This document shows positions 1-9,515 of a stretch of 64,000 bases of DNA, one piece after another. The stretch spans positions 338 to 64,337 of the forward strand of contig JAOUGE010000005.1 in assembly GCA_029865605.1 (NCBI GenBank), in the 5' to 3' direction. Within the stretch, counting starts at the first letter, position 1. Each line of letters starts with the position of its first letter. The notes below the pieces were generated by a model. It saw only the letters and a list, made by a program, of their open reading frames with translations, was not told the origin of the DNA and made no database searches. This DNA is from Candidatus Berkelbacteria bacterium (lineage in GTDB: Bacteria; Patescibacteriota; UBA1384; DTJR01). Position numbers and translations under genes: made by a program.

Positions 1-1
1 C

Positions 2-1060
2 AAGCTAAATCTATCTTTTTTAAACAGGATTACAGTTAAAGACAAGGCCCTTTTCACTCGGTCTTTGTCGGCAATGATTGGTGCTGGTTTGCCGCTGGTT
101 AAAGCCTTAGGATTGCTAGCGGCACAGACGACCAATAAGCGCTTCGCGGCAGTAATTAAAAATGTAGTAACTAGGCTGGAGGAGGGAGAAAGCATTGCCG
201 ACGCTTTTTCTCACCAAGGCGGGGTTTTTGATCCGGTTTATATTGCTTCAATCCGTGCCGCCGAATCATCGGGCAAATTTGAGCAGATTCTTCAAGACCT
301 GTCAGAACAGCAGGAAAGGGAATATAAGCTTGCCTCCGGCATAAGAGCGGCAATTTCCTATCCTATTTTTATCGTTGCGGTAATGATAGTTGCCGCGGGG
401 GTTCTTCTGGTAACAGTTGTTCCAAAGCTCGAAGGTTTGTTTGTTGAAATGGAGATGCAACTGCCCCTCTCGACTCGAATGCTTATAGCGGTTTCCAATT
501 TTTTGATTAACTATTGGTATATTATAGTGCTTATTCTGGGTGGCGGCGCTTATGCTATAAGATACTACTTAAAAACCGAACAAGGAAAGTTTTTTTATTC
601 TAAGACAATAATTCGCACCCCGATCGTCAAAGAACTTTTTATTAGCGCCTATATGGCTAGATTTGCGAGGACTTTTGGTATTTTAGGGGGAGCGGGAGTT
701 CCTATAGTCCAGTCGGTGAGATTATTGGCAGGTGTGATGAATAACGTAATTTTTGAGAGAGCGCTTTTAGGGGCTGTTGAAAAAATTCAAAAGGGGGTTC
801 CGCTGTCGACTTCCTTAGTCGAAGAAAATTGTTTTCATCCTCTTGTTATTCAAATGATAGAAGTTGGGGAGCATACAGGCAAAATGGATGAGACAATGTT
901 TTCCTTGGCTCGATTTTTTGATGATGAGACCTCTAAAAAAATTACCAGTGCGATGAGCCTGCTTGAGCCCATTCTACTTATAATCATCGGCGCCGGAGTG
1001 GCTACTATCGTATTCTCGGTTATAATCCCAATTTATCAGTTGACTGGAGGGGTAGAGTAA
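2..1060 (+). CDS. pilC: Type IV pilus platform protein PilC/GspF family, 5' end cut by window edge
   Basis: Frame is open from nt 2, with no stop upstream of the listed M at 65. GspF-like motif ...KALFTRSLSAMIGAGLPLVKAL... and multiple TM segments. Pilin and prepilin peptidase genes follow. Confidence 0.85.
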   Translation, partial: KLNLSFLNRITVKDKALFTRSLSAMIGAGLPLVKALGLLAAQTTNKRFAAVIKNVVTRLEEGESIADAFSHQGGVFDPVYIASIRAAESSGKFEQILQDLSEQQEREYKLASGIRAAISYPIFIVAVMIVAAGVLLVTVVPKLEGLFVEMEMQLPLSTRMLIAVSNFLINYWYIIVLILGGGAYAIRYYLKTEQGKFFYSKTIIRTPIVKELFISAYMARFARTFGILGGAGVPIVQSVRLLAGVMNNVIFERALLGAVEKIQKGVPLSTSLVEENCFHPLVIQMIEVGEHTGKMDETMFSLARFFDDETSKKITSAMSLLEPILLIIIGAGVATIVFSVIIPIYQLTGGVE

Positions 1061-1140
1061 TTGTTAAGGAGGTGACAAGATATTGCATAACATTAAATTA
1101 GTGTTAAGATAAGTTATATAAGAGATAAAAGGAGGGAAAT

Positions 1141-1671
1141 ATGAAGAAGTTAAGGGCGTTTACGTTAGTTGAACTCTTAATTGTGGTGGTCATAATCGGT
1201 ATTTTGGCGACCTTTGTTGCTATCTCGCTTCTTTCGGCCCGAAGCAAGGCAGCTGATGCAAAGGCGAAAGATTCGGTATCTAAGGTAAGAGACGCGGTTG
1301 AACTTGTTGTCTCAGGCAGTGACAACGGGATAGCGGCACTGGTCAATGCAAATTGCGACATCACCAATGGCGTTGTGCCAAAGGGCGCTGCTATAACGGG
1401 CGGGGAGTCATCGGGGAGCTGTAACGCTAGGTTCTATGATGCCGGGGCGGCAGTCTTCAAGTCGGCTGCGCAGGATGCAAAGGGGGAAAACGCCAGAGTA
1501 TATTCTTCAGATACTGCTGCCGGGGTTTGGGTCATCGTGGGAAAGGCATCAAATTATGTTAATGGAACTGCTGTCGACGCTGAAAAGAGATGTTTCTACT
1601 ATAATTCTAACGGTGGTAATAATATGGGTGCCAGTAAAGCGGGGGATAATACCTGCCAAGGCGTCTATTAG
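1141..1671 (+). CDS. Type IV pilin-like protein (major-pilin candidate)
   Basis: N-terminus MKKLRAFTLVELLIVVVIIGILA is a prepilin class III signal with E+5, followed by a hydrophobic helix. AGGAGGG lies upstream of the ATG. Confidence 0.85.
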   Translation: MKKLRAFTLVELLIVVVIIGILATFVAISLLSARSKAADAKAKDSVSKVRDAVELVVSGSDNGIAALVNANCDITNGVVPKGAAITGGESSGSCNARFYDAGAAVFKSAAQDAKGENARVYSSDTAAGVWVIVGKASNYVNGTAVDAEKRCFYYNSNGGNNMGASKAGDNTCQGVY

Positions 1672-1687
1672 TAACTAACCAAGTGCT

Positions 1688-2452
1688 TTGTCCAGTTGGA
1701 TTATAGTTGTTATATTCGGTCTTGCTTGGGGCTCGTTTCTATCGGTTGTAAAGAACCGTCTCGATAATCTCGGGACGGTTCTTTATACCAGAAGCCATTG
1801 CCCAAAGTGTAAAAGACAGCTAGGAGCGGTTGATCTCATCCCGATTTTGAGTTTTATTCTCCTTCGCGGTCGCTGCCGCTATTGTAAAAAGAGGATAAGC
1901 TGGGAGTATCCGCTGTTTGAAATCTTAAGCCTCATCCTGGCTGTTTTTGTCTATTATAAGTTCGGCTTTAGTCTTGCTTCTGTTGTTTTATTTCTTTCCC
2001 TCTCGGCTTTGCTTGTTTGCTCATTCGTTGATATCCAGAGTCAGGAAGTTGATCTACCTCTCTTTATTTTTGGAATTTTAACAGCGCTTTTTTGGGCTCT
2101 TTTAAGAAACGGAGCTAGTCCTGATGCTTTTAAGGAGCTTTTTTGGGCTGTTGCCGTGGCGGTTGTTGTTCCCCTTGGGCTATATCTTATAAGTCGCGAA
2201 AAGTGGATGGGGTTAGGGGACAGTTTTTTTGCTCTTTGGGTAGGACTTTTATCGGGCTTCCCCCAGGCCGCCTTGGCTATCTTTTTAGCGTTCTTTTTGG
2301 GAGCTATTTTTGGTATAATTGCCTTGGTAATTAAAGGCAAGAGAAAAACATCGAGGGTCGCTTTTGGCCCGTTTATCGGGTTAGGGGGGATAATCGCCCT
2401 CGGTTGGGGCCAACAAATTATTGATTTTTATTTGAGTTTTATTGGTCTTTAA
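1688..2452 (+). CDS. pilD: Prepilin peptidase (A24 family, PilD-like)
   Basis: Polytopic membrane protein with CPKC...CRYC zinc-binding pairs typical of PilD. TTG start. Lies inside the pilin cluster. Confidence 0.8.
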   Translation: MSSWIIVVIFGLAWGSFLSVVKNRLDNLGTVLYTRSHCPKCKRQLGAVDLIPILSFILLRGRCRYCKKRISWEYPLFEILSLILAVFVYYKFGFSLASVVLFLSLSALLVCSFVDIQSQEVDLPLFIFGILTALFWALLRNGASPDAFKELFWAVAVAVVVPLGLYLISREKWMGLGDSFFALWVGLLSGFPQAALAIFLAFFLGAIFGIIALVIKGKRKTSRVAFGPFIGLGGIIALGWGQQIIDFYLSFIGL

Positions 2453-2644
2453 ATCTACCCCGTTAAATTAGTTCCAATTCACGGGCATTTAACGGGGCAA
2501 GAGGAGGCCAGGTAGTAGAAATTTGATAAATGCCAAACGCAGCATTTCGGTTCAAAATAAGAAATTTTATAGTCAATTTAATATGGATATGTGAAAGCAT
2601 TTTGCGAAGCAAAATAATCAAATTTTCACTACCCGGGAGGGAAT

Positions 2645-3217
2645 ATGGGAATCAAAAAAAGAAAAGTTAAATCGTTTACTCTAATTGAGCTGCTGATTGT
2701 AATAATTATCGTCGGTATTTTGGCAACTTTTGTCGCAATCAGCCTTGTTAGTTCGAGGGCAAAAGCTAGAGACGACAAAAGATTAGCTGATATTAACTCC
2801 ATTGCTAATGCGATCGATCAGTACTCGACCGAGCATTCAAGGAAATATCCGATCGTAACCGGTGGCGGGCAGGCTGATGAGGACGCCTATTATGTAGTCA
2901 GGGTTTCAAGAAGTACCTTTGTAGACCAGATCGATGACTATCTCAGGCCGGTTCCCGAAGACCCATCGGATAAGGCGGGCTCGGAGGAGTATAGATATAT
3001 TTATGTTGTGAAAGGCGATCGGCTGAAGGCGGCGCTGATAGTTGATAAGATGGAGAAAGGCAGGAGCAAGTGCAATATCCCCTCAAATAACACTTCTGGA
3101 GTGCCCGACACTGTTACGGCCTATATCGATAAAATTGGCGGAACCGTAAACGTTGTTTATGTCGGCTCTATAACACCACCGACAAATCCCAATCCTTGTT
3201 ATTACGTTGAAAGATGA
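2645..3217 (+). CDS. Type IV pilin-like protein
   Basis: N-terminus ...KSFTLIELLIVIIIVGILATFVAISL is a prepilin motif. GGGAGGG lies upstream. Confidence 0.8.
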   Translation: MGIKKRKVKSFTLIELLIVIIIVGILATFVAISLVSSRAKARDDKRLADINSIANAIDQYSTEHSRKYPIVTGGGQADEDAYYVVRVSRSTFVDQIDDYLRPVPEDPSDKAGSEEYRYIYVVKGDRLKAALIVDKMEKGRSKCNIPSNNTSGVPDTVTAYIDKIGGTVNVVYVGSITPPTNPNPCYYVER

Positions 3218-3693
3218 AGCCAAAATTAAAAGGCCTTACTTTAATTGAACTTTTGATTGCGATTACTGTTTCTTTGATTTTAGTCGTTGCCAGTATCCCG
3301 ATCATTGTTCGCTCAACAGGGAGAGAAGCGCTCCAGGACCAGGCGCGGATCGTAGCTTCTTTTGTCGAAAGGGCAAGAAATTATGCTCTTCATCCCGAAA
3401 ATGAGAATGCCCTAAATTACCGGGTTTATAGGATGAGTGACAATCAGCGGCTAGAAATTGAAAGATGGACTCCGGATGGAACGGGTTATGAGGGCTTTGG
3501 CGAGGAGCTTAAGCTGCCGGACGGTTTTGAGTTTAATGATACTTTCACGTCAATTGTTTTTTACGTGCCCCGTGGCAATTATAATGGGACAAGTGCTACT
3601 CAAGTTGAGATCGAAAAAACTGGCATTAACGGGGGCAAAATCCCGGTTATTATTGAGAGTCCAGGCACAATAAGTATTGGAGAGATCGAATAA
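3214..3693 (+). CDS. Minor pilin / pseudopilin (GspH/FimT-like)
   Basis: N-terminus MKPKLKGLTLIELLIAITVSL. Start overlaps the stop of the upstream pilin gene. Confidence 0.7.
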   Translation: MKPKLKGLTLIELLIAITVSLILVVASIPIIVRSTGREALQDQARIVASFVERARNYALHPENENALNYRVYRMSDNQRLEIERWTPDGTGYEGFGEELKLPDGFEFNDTFTSIVFYVPRGNYNGTSATQVEIEKTGINGGKIPVIIESPGTISIGEIE

Positions 3694-3703
3694 CAAGTTT
3701 TTT

Positions 3704-4300
3704 ATGAAAAAGTTGAGATCATTCGGCTTAATCGAGGCGGTAATTGCCTCTACGGTAATGGCCCTGATTTTAATTGGGTCAGCCGTTTTGTCTTCCTCAA
3801 CATTAAAGACATCCGTCGTTGAACAAAATTACCATGAGGCGGAGCATATTGCCGACGCGCTTTTGGAGAAAGTTAGATCAGCCAAGGAGAGTGGGCTTGT
3901 TGTTTTTACTAAAAATCAGGACGCGGACCTCGGTAGCAGCGAGCTTTTGTCGGTTGACTGTTTTGCTACCCCAAAGAGGGACGGTGCCAATTGCAAGACG
4001 GCTGGGGCTGGGGGGACCTATAAGGAACCGTTGCCCTATTATAATGGCATGGTGGAAGACGGCGACGGTTATATATTAGTTAAAAACAATTTAAAAATTC
4101 CTTTCAATAGTTCAAATTTTGCCAACGGTTTTTTTAGATGGAAGATGACCGTTACAAGGTCAACTTCTTGCCAAAGCATTGGTGGTGTATCAATTGATAG
4201 CTGGAAGTGCCGTCTTATCCAGGCTGAAATAAGATGGAATCAGCCAACGGGGGAAAAATCTTATCTTATCCGGCAATATTTTACCGATTGGAGCAGATGA
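3704..4300 (+). CDS. Minor pilin-like protein
   Basis: Start moved to ATG 3704 (MKKLRSFGLIEAVIASTVMALIL); the track start at 3677 is TTG inside the upstream gene. Has a prepilin-like hydrophobic N-terminus. Confidence 0.65.
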   Translation: MKKLRSFGLIEAVIASTVMALILIGSAVLSSSTLKTSVVEQNYHEAEHIADALLEKVRSAKESGLVVFTKNQDADLGSSELLSVDCFATPKRDGANCKTAGAGGTYKEPLPYYNGMVEDGDGYILVKNNLKIPFNSSNFANGFFRWKMTVTRSTSCQSIGGVSIDSWKCRLIQAEIRWNQPTGEKSYLIRQYFTDWSR

Positions 4301-5016
4301 TGAAACTTAGGAGTTTTACCCTAGTCGAAATATTAATCGCCTCGACAATATTTACGATTGTGATTATGACGGCTGTCTCCACCTTCGCCTTAATCAGACG
4401 TTCAAATTACAAATCAGCCGACAGCAAGGTGGCTGCCAGCTGCGCCAGGCAAATTGAGGATTTTATCAAAGCCGAAGTTACATCTTCCAATACCTCGCCG
4501 AGGATTGAGCTGATTAAGCAATCCCAGACTAACCGTAACCGTTATAGTATTTCTTCTGTGCCGGGTTTTGACCCGAGCAATTATCCTGTTTTAGGGCTGG
4601 CTCTCTTCCAGGGAGGGCGGGTTAAATTGATTTTCAAAGACCCTTCTCGCTCAGCTAACGGGGGTACTTATAGATATAAAAATGTGGTCTTAGCCTCCTA
4701 CACAAGCGACATTAAGCCAGGGGGAAATATTAATAATCTTTTGATTGCCGATTCATCTCCTCTTTTCTCTGATGAATGCCGAACTAGGGATGAAAATGAG
4801 ACTTTCCGCCTTAAATTTAGAGAAAAATACCCCGTGCAGACCACCACTCCGAGTACTGACGTTTCGGACGATATATACGAGGTGCAGATGGAAGATTCCG
4901 TTTTTCGCTATATTAAAGATGCAGGCAATTTAGATGACCAGTGGGCCCGGGCAGAAGATCAGGGAACGGTATCAAGGATAAATCTTGATGTAACAAATAG
5001 CGTAAGTCAAATATGA
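4297..5016 (+). CDS. Minor pilin-like protein (PilW-like position)
   Basis: ATGA start/stop overlap with the upstream gene. N-terminus MMKLRSFTLVEILIASTIFTIV. Confidence 0.65.
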   Translation: MMKLRSFTLVEILIASTIFTIVIMTAVSTFALIRRSNYKSADSKVAASCARQIEDFIKAEVTSSNTSPRIELIKQSQTNRNRYSISSVPGFDPSNYPVLGLALFQGGRVKLIFKDPSRSANGGTYRYKNVVLASYTSDIKPGGNINNLLIADSSPLFSDECRTRDENETFRLKFREKYPVQTTTPSTDVSDDIYEVQMEDSVFRYIKDAGNLDDQWARAEDQGTVSRINLDVTNSVSQI

Positions 5017-6002
5017 AAATAAAATCATCAGCTCTTCTTATAACTTTAGCCCTGGGAATAGTTTTGTCAGGGATTATTATCGGGGTGGCGGCAACCTATT
5101 CTCAATTTGTGAAATCCTCGGCCCAAGCCAGAGAGGGCAAGAAGTCTTATCGGGCCGCTTTGAGTGGAATAGAAGACGGCCTTTTGAGATATAAATATTA
5201 CCTTGCTGGCACTCAAAACCCCGCCGACCTTTATGATCTTCCTGACGATCCGATTAGTTTGAACGCTGACGTTTCTTATAGGCTTTCCTTTAAGATGGAT
5301 TCTATTACCTACGGTAACGCCGAGTTTCCTGCTGGTTTTAAAATCGGAACGACAAGTAGCACTGCTGATATAGCTTCACGCCAAGCGGCTATAAGGCAAA
5401 ATGTTGATGATGTAATTGATATTGATCTGTCCTATTTTACTTATTTGCCAGAAGAGGAACAGCCCGAGTCTCTAACGATTCATTTTACCCCCCCTTGCGA
5501 TCCGGCATACTGCACCGCAGCGACCTATAGGCCCTTAAGTGGATATTTTACGGCGATGAACTATCGCCTTGTCGATGTTAAGGCGACAAACGAAGACCAA
5601 ATGATTTATGAGGAGACCGTTAATAGCTCCTCGCTAACCAGTATAGCCGTTCATGTTAATAGTCTTGTCGTCGAGTGCCGAAAAACTTCTAGAAATTGTC
5701 ATTTGAGGATTACGCCCCGGGTGGCTAAAAATTCCTTGGTGGGAGCCGGGAGACTCGAGGGTATGGGCGTGGCCTCTCAGGGCAAACGGGTTTTTCTGGC
5801 AATAGAAGCTAGAACATCTGGCGACCAGAATCCTCTTATTCCATCTACCGGCAAAAGGCCGGGGACAATTACCATTACTTCTGTCGGGGTGGCCAGAGGC
5901 GCTGAGCGGAAACTTGAGGCAAGGGTAGACTCTTCTTCGGGAAGATATATCGGTCTTTTTGACTACGGAATTTATTGCGGAGCTGAATGTATAGGGATTT
6001 GA
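5013..6002 (+). CDS. Pilus-associated hypothetical protein (PilX-like position)
   Basis: Single N-terminal TM segment (LLITLALGIVLSGIIIGVAA). Translationally coupled as the last gene of the pilin operon. No recognisable catalytic motif. Confidence 0.5.
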   Translation: MKIKSSALLITLALGIVLSGIIIGVAATYSQFVKSSAQAREGKKSYRAALSGIEDGLLRYKYYLAGTQNPADLYDLPDDPISLNADVSYRLSFKMDSITYGNAEFPAGFKIGTTSSTADIASRQAAIRQNVDDVIDIDLSYFTYLPEEEQPESLTIHFTPPCDPAYCTAATYRPLSGYFTAMNYRLVDVKATNEDQMIYEETVNSSSLTSIAVHVNSLVVECRKTSRNCHLRITPRVAKNSLVGAGRLEGMGVASQGKRVFLAIEARTSGDQNPLIPSTGKRPGTITITSVGVARGAERKLEARVDSSSGRYIGLFDYGIYCGAECIGI

Positions 6003-6005
6003 TAA

Positions 6006-6413
6006 ATGGATAAAGTTCTCATCTTTTGCGATGGGGGGGCAAGAGGGAATCCGGGTCCGGCGGCAATTGGTGTTGTAATTAAATCACCCGATGGAAAGAC
6101 GGTCAAAGAAATCAGCCGCAAGATCGGCAGGGCTACTAATAATGTTGCCGAATACAAAGCGGTTTTAGCCGCTTTGGGATGGATTTTAGAGAATCAACCG
6201 GCTAATATAATTGAATTTTATTTGGATTCTGAACTTGTAACGCGGCAGCTAAACGGCCAGTACAAGGTCAAAGATACCGATTTGAAGCCGCTTTATTATA
6301 AAATTAGAGAATTGGTTTTTAGCTCGGGCAGGGCAGTGATCTTTAAGCATGTAAGGAGAGAAGAAAATTTGGAAGCAGATAGATTAGTAAATGAGGAACT
6401 CGATCGAGCTTAA
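6006..6413 (+). CDS. RNase H family protein
   Basis: VLIFCDGGARGNPGPAAIGVVI...NNVAEYKAVLAAL...EENLEADRL matches the RNase HI D-E-D-D core pattern. Confidence 0.75.
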   Translation: MDKVLIFCDGGARGNPGPAAIGVVIKSPDGKTVKEISRKIGRATNNVAEYKAVLAALGWILENQPANIIEFYLDSELVTRQLNGQYKVKDTDLKPLYYKIRELVFSSGRAVIFKHVRREENLEADRLVNEELDRA

Positions 6414-6416
6414 ATT

Positions 6417-6443
6417 AAAAAAGCAGCCTTCGAATCTGCTGCT
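6417..6443 (-). terminator. Intrinsic terminator downstream of element A (minus strand)
   Basis: Minus strand reads AGCAGC-AGATTCGAAG-GCTGCT followed by TTTTTT. Confidence 0.6.
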
Positions 6444-6466
6444 CTCAAACCCTAGTCTTGTTATCT

Positions 6467-6609
6467 TGGTAGCGGGGGTGGGATTTGGTCACAAGTCGGC
6501 GCGCATATTTTTCTTAAAGAGTGTGCCGCTCGCGACCCCGCCTCATCCCGCCGTGGCGGGACTCCGGCCTTCAAATCCCATCGCTCCCAATTCTCGGCTT
6601 ACGCCGATC
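6467..6609 (-). repeat. tRNA-3'-flank structured element, copy A (variant without the AGCA loop)
   Basis: Minus strand reads: after the tRNA-fMet CCA, hairpin TCGGC-GTAA-GCCGA; antisense TGGGAGCGA-TGGGATTTGAA; GGCCGGAG; hairpin TCCCGC-CACG-GCGGGA; GAGGCGGGGTCG; long imperfect hairpin; GTGAC. It ends in an exact 21-nt repeat of tRNA C56-CCA (6467-6487 = 6610-6630). Confidence 0.8.
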
Positions 6610-6686
<77 letters not shown>

Positions 6687-6812
6687 TTCTAGATGCTAGT
6701 ATAGCTTAATACTTAGTAACTTAAAAGTCAATCTCATAATCCTTTTATTTTAATTTGTGGCAAAGCCTTCATTCTGGTAATCTGGAATAAATTTGAGGTT
6801 AAAAGCCGATTA

Positions 6813-7412
6813 ATGTTTTTTATCCGCAATATTCAAAAAATAAGAAAATTCAGGCTAAATTCTAGGCTTAGTTTACTGCTTGGGTTCTTTTTGCTAGTAG
6901 TTTTAGCGAGCATCTTTTTTACCAAGGGCAAAACAGCTCCGGGCAGCTCTATGGCTTCTCCTACCCCAAGCGCTGAAGAATCAGTCCTCGACAAAAATTT
7001 TGCCCTAGAGGTTGAAAAGCTCTCAATCTCGGTACCAATAATTAAGGATGTCGACGGAAGCGATAAAGATAAGTACAACGAGGCTCTCAAAAAAGGATTG
7101 GCTCACTATAAAGGCACTGCCTTACCGGGCGAAAAAGGCAATATTTTCATTTTCGGTCACTCAAGCTCGGATGAGGTCGGGGATTACGGCAAGGTTTTTT
7201 CCCACCTTGATGATCTGGAAAAGGGCGACCTTATCAGGGTTTATTACAAGCTTGAACAGCACGATTATGAGGTTTTTGAAGAGAAGGTTGTTGAAGCAAC
7301 CGATTTGTACGTCCTTGACAGAGGAAATAAAGAAAAGCTGACTCTTATGACCTGTTGGCCGGTGGGAACGAAAGACAAAAGACTTGTCGTCATCGGCTAC
7401 CCTAAGAAATAA
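6813..7412 (+). CDS. Sortase family transpeptidase
   Basis: N-terminal TM anchor, conserved His (IFIFGHSS) and TLMTCWP catalytic Cys motif. Confidence 0.8.
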   Translation: MFFIRNIQKIRKFRLNSRLSLLLGFFLLVVLASIFFTKGKTAPGSSMASPTPSAEESVLDKNFALEVEKLSISVPIIKDVDGSDKDKYNEALKKGLAHYKGTALPGEKGNIFIFGHSSSDEVGDYGKVFSHLDDLEKGDLIRVYYKLEQHDYEVFEEKVVEATDLYVLDRGNKEKLTLMTCWPVGTKDKRLVVIGYPKK

Positions 7413-7464
7413 TTGGCTCATAGGATTGAAAAGATTTAAAAAAAGTGTAGAATATTTAGATGCT

Positions 7465-7541
7465 GGCAACGTAGCTCAGTTGGTTAGAGCGAGGGAATCA
7501 TAACCCCTAGGTCACAGGTTCGAATCCTGTCGTTGCCACCA
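7465..7541 (+). tRNA. tRNA with anticodon CAU (elongator Met or Ile2)
   Basis: GGCAACG/CGTTGCC acceptor stem, anticodon loop ATCATAA, T-arm ACAGG-TTCGAAT-CCTGT, encoded CCA. Confidence 0.85.
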
Positions 7542-7663
7542 GGTTGTTTTTTGGTGAAACGGCGGATTCGAAGGCCGCAGCGAGCGAAGGCGAGCGAGGC
7601 GGGGTCGATTGCCGCGCCAGCAGGTGCGGACAAGTGACCGAATCCTGTCGTTGCCACCAGGTT
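7542..7663 (+). repeat. tRNA-3'-flank structured element, copy B
   Basis: TGGTG-AAACGGC-GGATTCGAA is antisense of the CCA end and T-loop. This is followed by GGCCGCA, hairpin GCGAGC-GAAG-GCGAGC, GAGGCGGGGTCG, hairpin CCGCGCC-AGCA-GGTGCGG and GTGAC. It ends in a 25-nt exact repeat (7639-7663 = 7521-7545). Confidence 0.85.
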
Positions 7664-7727
7664 TTAAGTTAGGCCATGCCACCCCTTGCTTCGCAAGCCT
7701 ACTAGTTTTACGTTTTAAATTTTAAAT

Positions 7728-9515
7728 ATGCGTTCAGATCAAATCAAAGCCATAACCACAATTGTAATAGTCCTTCTTATTGCAGGGGCTTTATTTAACG
7801 TTTTCGGACCGCTTTATCAAAAATCAGCTGAAGAGGTTTCGTTGAGCGATATCTCACGCGAATTCACGTCCGGAACTATTGAAAAAATCACGGTTGATAA
7901 AAATGAGGTTACGGCCCAGCTCAAAGATGGTCGCAACTTTAAAACTTATAAGGAGCAGGATGTATCGCTGGTTGACTATGGGATAACACCGGATAAGGTT
8001 AAAATCGAGGTCAAAAACCCCGACAGCGGCTCATTTTGGCTCACATTCTTGTCGGTCATTTTACCCTTCTTGCTTTTGGGCGGTTTTATCTACTTTATGA
8101 TGCGCCAGGCTCAAGGGGCAAATATTAAGGCGATGAGCTTTGGCCGGTCATCGGCCCGGTTGGCAAATTTTAAAAACAGGATTACCTTTGATGATGTTGC
8201 CGGTCTTGAAGAGTCAAAAGACGAGCTTAAGGAGGTGGTTGAGTTTTTACGCACCCCCGGCAAGTTTAAAAATCTCGGTGCGGAGATCCCCAAGGGGGTC
8301 CTTCTGGTTGGGGCTCCGGGAGTGGGCAAGACTCTTCTGGCAAAAGCTGTAGCGGGTGAGGCCGGCGTGCCGTTTTTCTCGATTTCGGCATCGGAATTTG
8401 TTGAAATGTTTGTCGGGGTTGGCGCCTCCCGCGTACGCGATCTGTTTACCAAGGCTAAGCGCAATGCTCCCTGTGTTATATTCGTTGATGAGCTTGATGC
8501 GATTGGGCGCCAAAGGGGGGCGGGGCTGGGCGGTTCTCATGATGAGCGTGAGCAGACTCTAAATCAGATTTTGGTTGAGATGGACGGTTTTGACACTGAT
8601 GCCAGGGTGATTGTTCTGGCGGCAACTAACCGGCCAGACGTTTTGGATCCGGCCCTTCTGCGTCCGGGGCGCTTTGACCGCCGGGTGATGCTTAATCTGC
8701 CGGATAAGAGAGAACGTGAAGCAATTCTTAAAATCCACATTAAAAACAAACCGATCGAAAAAACTGTTGATTTATCAAGGATTGCCGCCAACACGGTCGG
8801 GATGAGTGGAGCTGACTTGCGCAATATAATGAACGAAGCAGCAATAATCGCCGCTCGGCTCAACCAAAAAACAATCACCGAAAGGGATATTTTCAGAGCA
8901 ATAGAAAAAGTTACTCTTGGGCCGGAGAAGAAATCAAAAGTGATGACCGAAAATGAAAGAGAGATTTCCGCCTATCATGAGGCAGGTCACGCGATCATCG
9001 GCAAGGCGTTGAAGCCGCACGAAGAGTTGCAAAAAATTTCGATTGTCTCTCGAGGGATGGCTCTGGGTTACACTTGGAGTGTGCCTAAAGAAGACTATTA
9101 TCTTAAGTCAAGAACTTCTTTTATGTCTGATATTTCGCAACTCTTGGCCGGCCGAGTGGCGGAAAAAATGATTTTTGATGAGCTGACAACCGGTGCGTCA
9201 AATGACTTAGAGCAGGCAACTAAAATCGCTCGTGATATGGTTCAAGTTTACGGGATGTCTGATGTGATTGGTCCGGTTGCCTTAGGCCAACGCGATGAAC
9301 TTGTCTTTTTAGGGCGGGAATTAGCCGAGCACAAAAATTATTCGGAAAAAATCGCTTCTCAAATTGACAGCGAGATCGAGCGCATAATCAGTGAAGGAGA
9401 GAAAAAAGCCAGAGAAGTTTTAACTAAGAACAAATCGAAGCTCAAAAAACTCGCTACGATTCTTCTCAAGAAGGAAACTCTCGAGAGGGAAGAGCTGGGA
9501 AAGGTTTTGACCTAG
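7728..9515 (+). CDS. ftsH: ATP-dependent zinc metalloprotease FtsH
   Basis: Walker [17 protein letters not shown]+ SRH region and HEAGHA zinc motif. Confidence 0.95.
   Translation: MRSDQIKAITTIVIVLLIAGALFNVFGPLYQKSAEEVSLSDISREFTSGTIEKITVDKNEVTAQLKDGRNFKTYKEQDVSLVDYGITPDKVKIEVKNPDSGSFWLTFLSVILPFLLLGGFIYFMMRQAQGANIKAMSFGRSSARLANFKNRITFDDVAGLEESKDELKEVVEFLRTPGKFKNLGAEIPKGVLLVGAPGVGKTLLAKAVAGEAGVPFFSISASEFVEMFVGVGASRVRDLFTKAKRNAPCVIFVDELDAIGRQRGAGLGGSHDEREQTLNQILVEMDGFDTDARVIVLAATNRPDVLDPALLRPGRFDRRVMLNLPDKREREAILKIHIKNKPIEKTVDLSRIAANTVGMSGADLRNIMNEAAIIAARLNQKTITERDIFRAIEKVTLGPEKKSKVMTENEREISAYHEAGHAIIGKALKPHEELQKISIVSRGMALGYTWSVPKEDYYLKSRTSFMSDISQLLAGRVAEKMIFDELTTGASNDLEQATKIARDMVQVYGMSDVIGPVALGQRDELVFLGRELAEHKNYSEKIASQIDSEIERIISEGEKKAREVLTKNKSKLKKLATILLKKETLEREELGKVLT

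Noticed and set aside
8111-8878. Several 68-117-aa ORFs in alternative frames and strands inside ftsH
   Set aside because: They are nested within a strongly supported conserved gene and are shadow ORFs. The same applies to alternative-frame ORFs inside secA, alaS, polX, mrdA and the GC-rich ORFs at 24157-25038 and 31163-33031.
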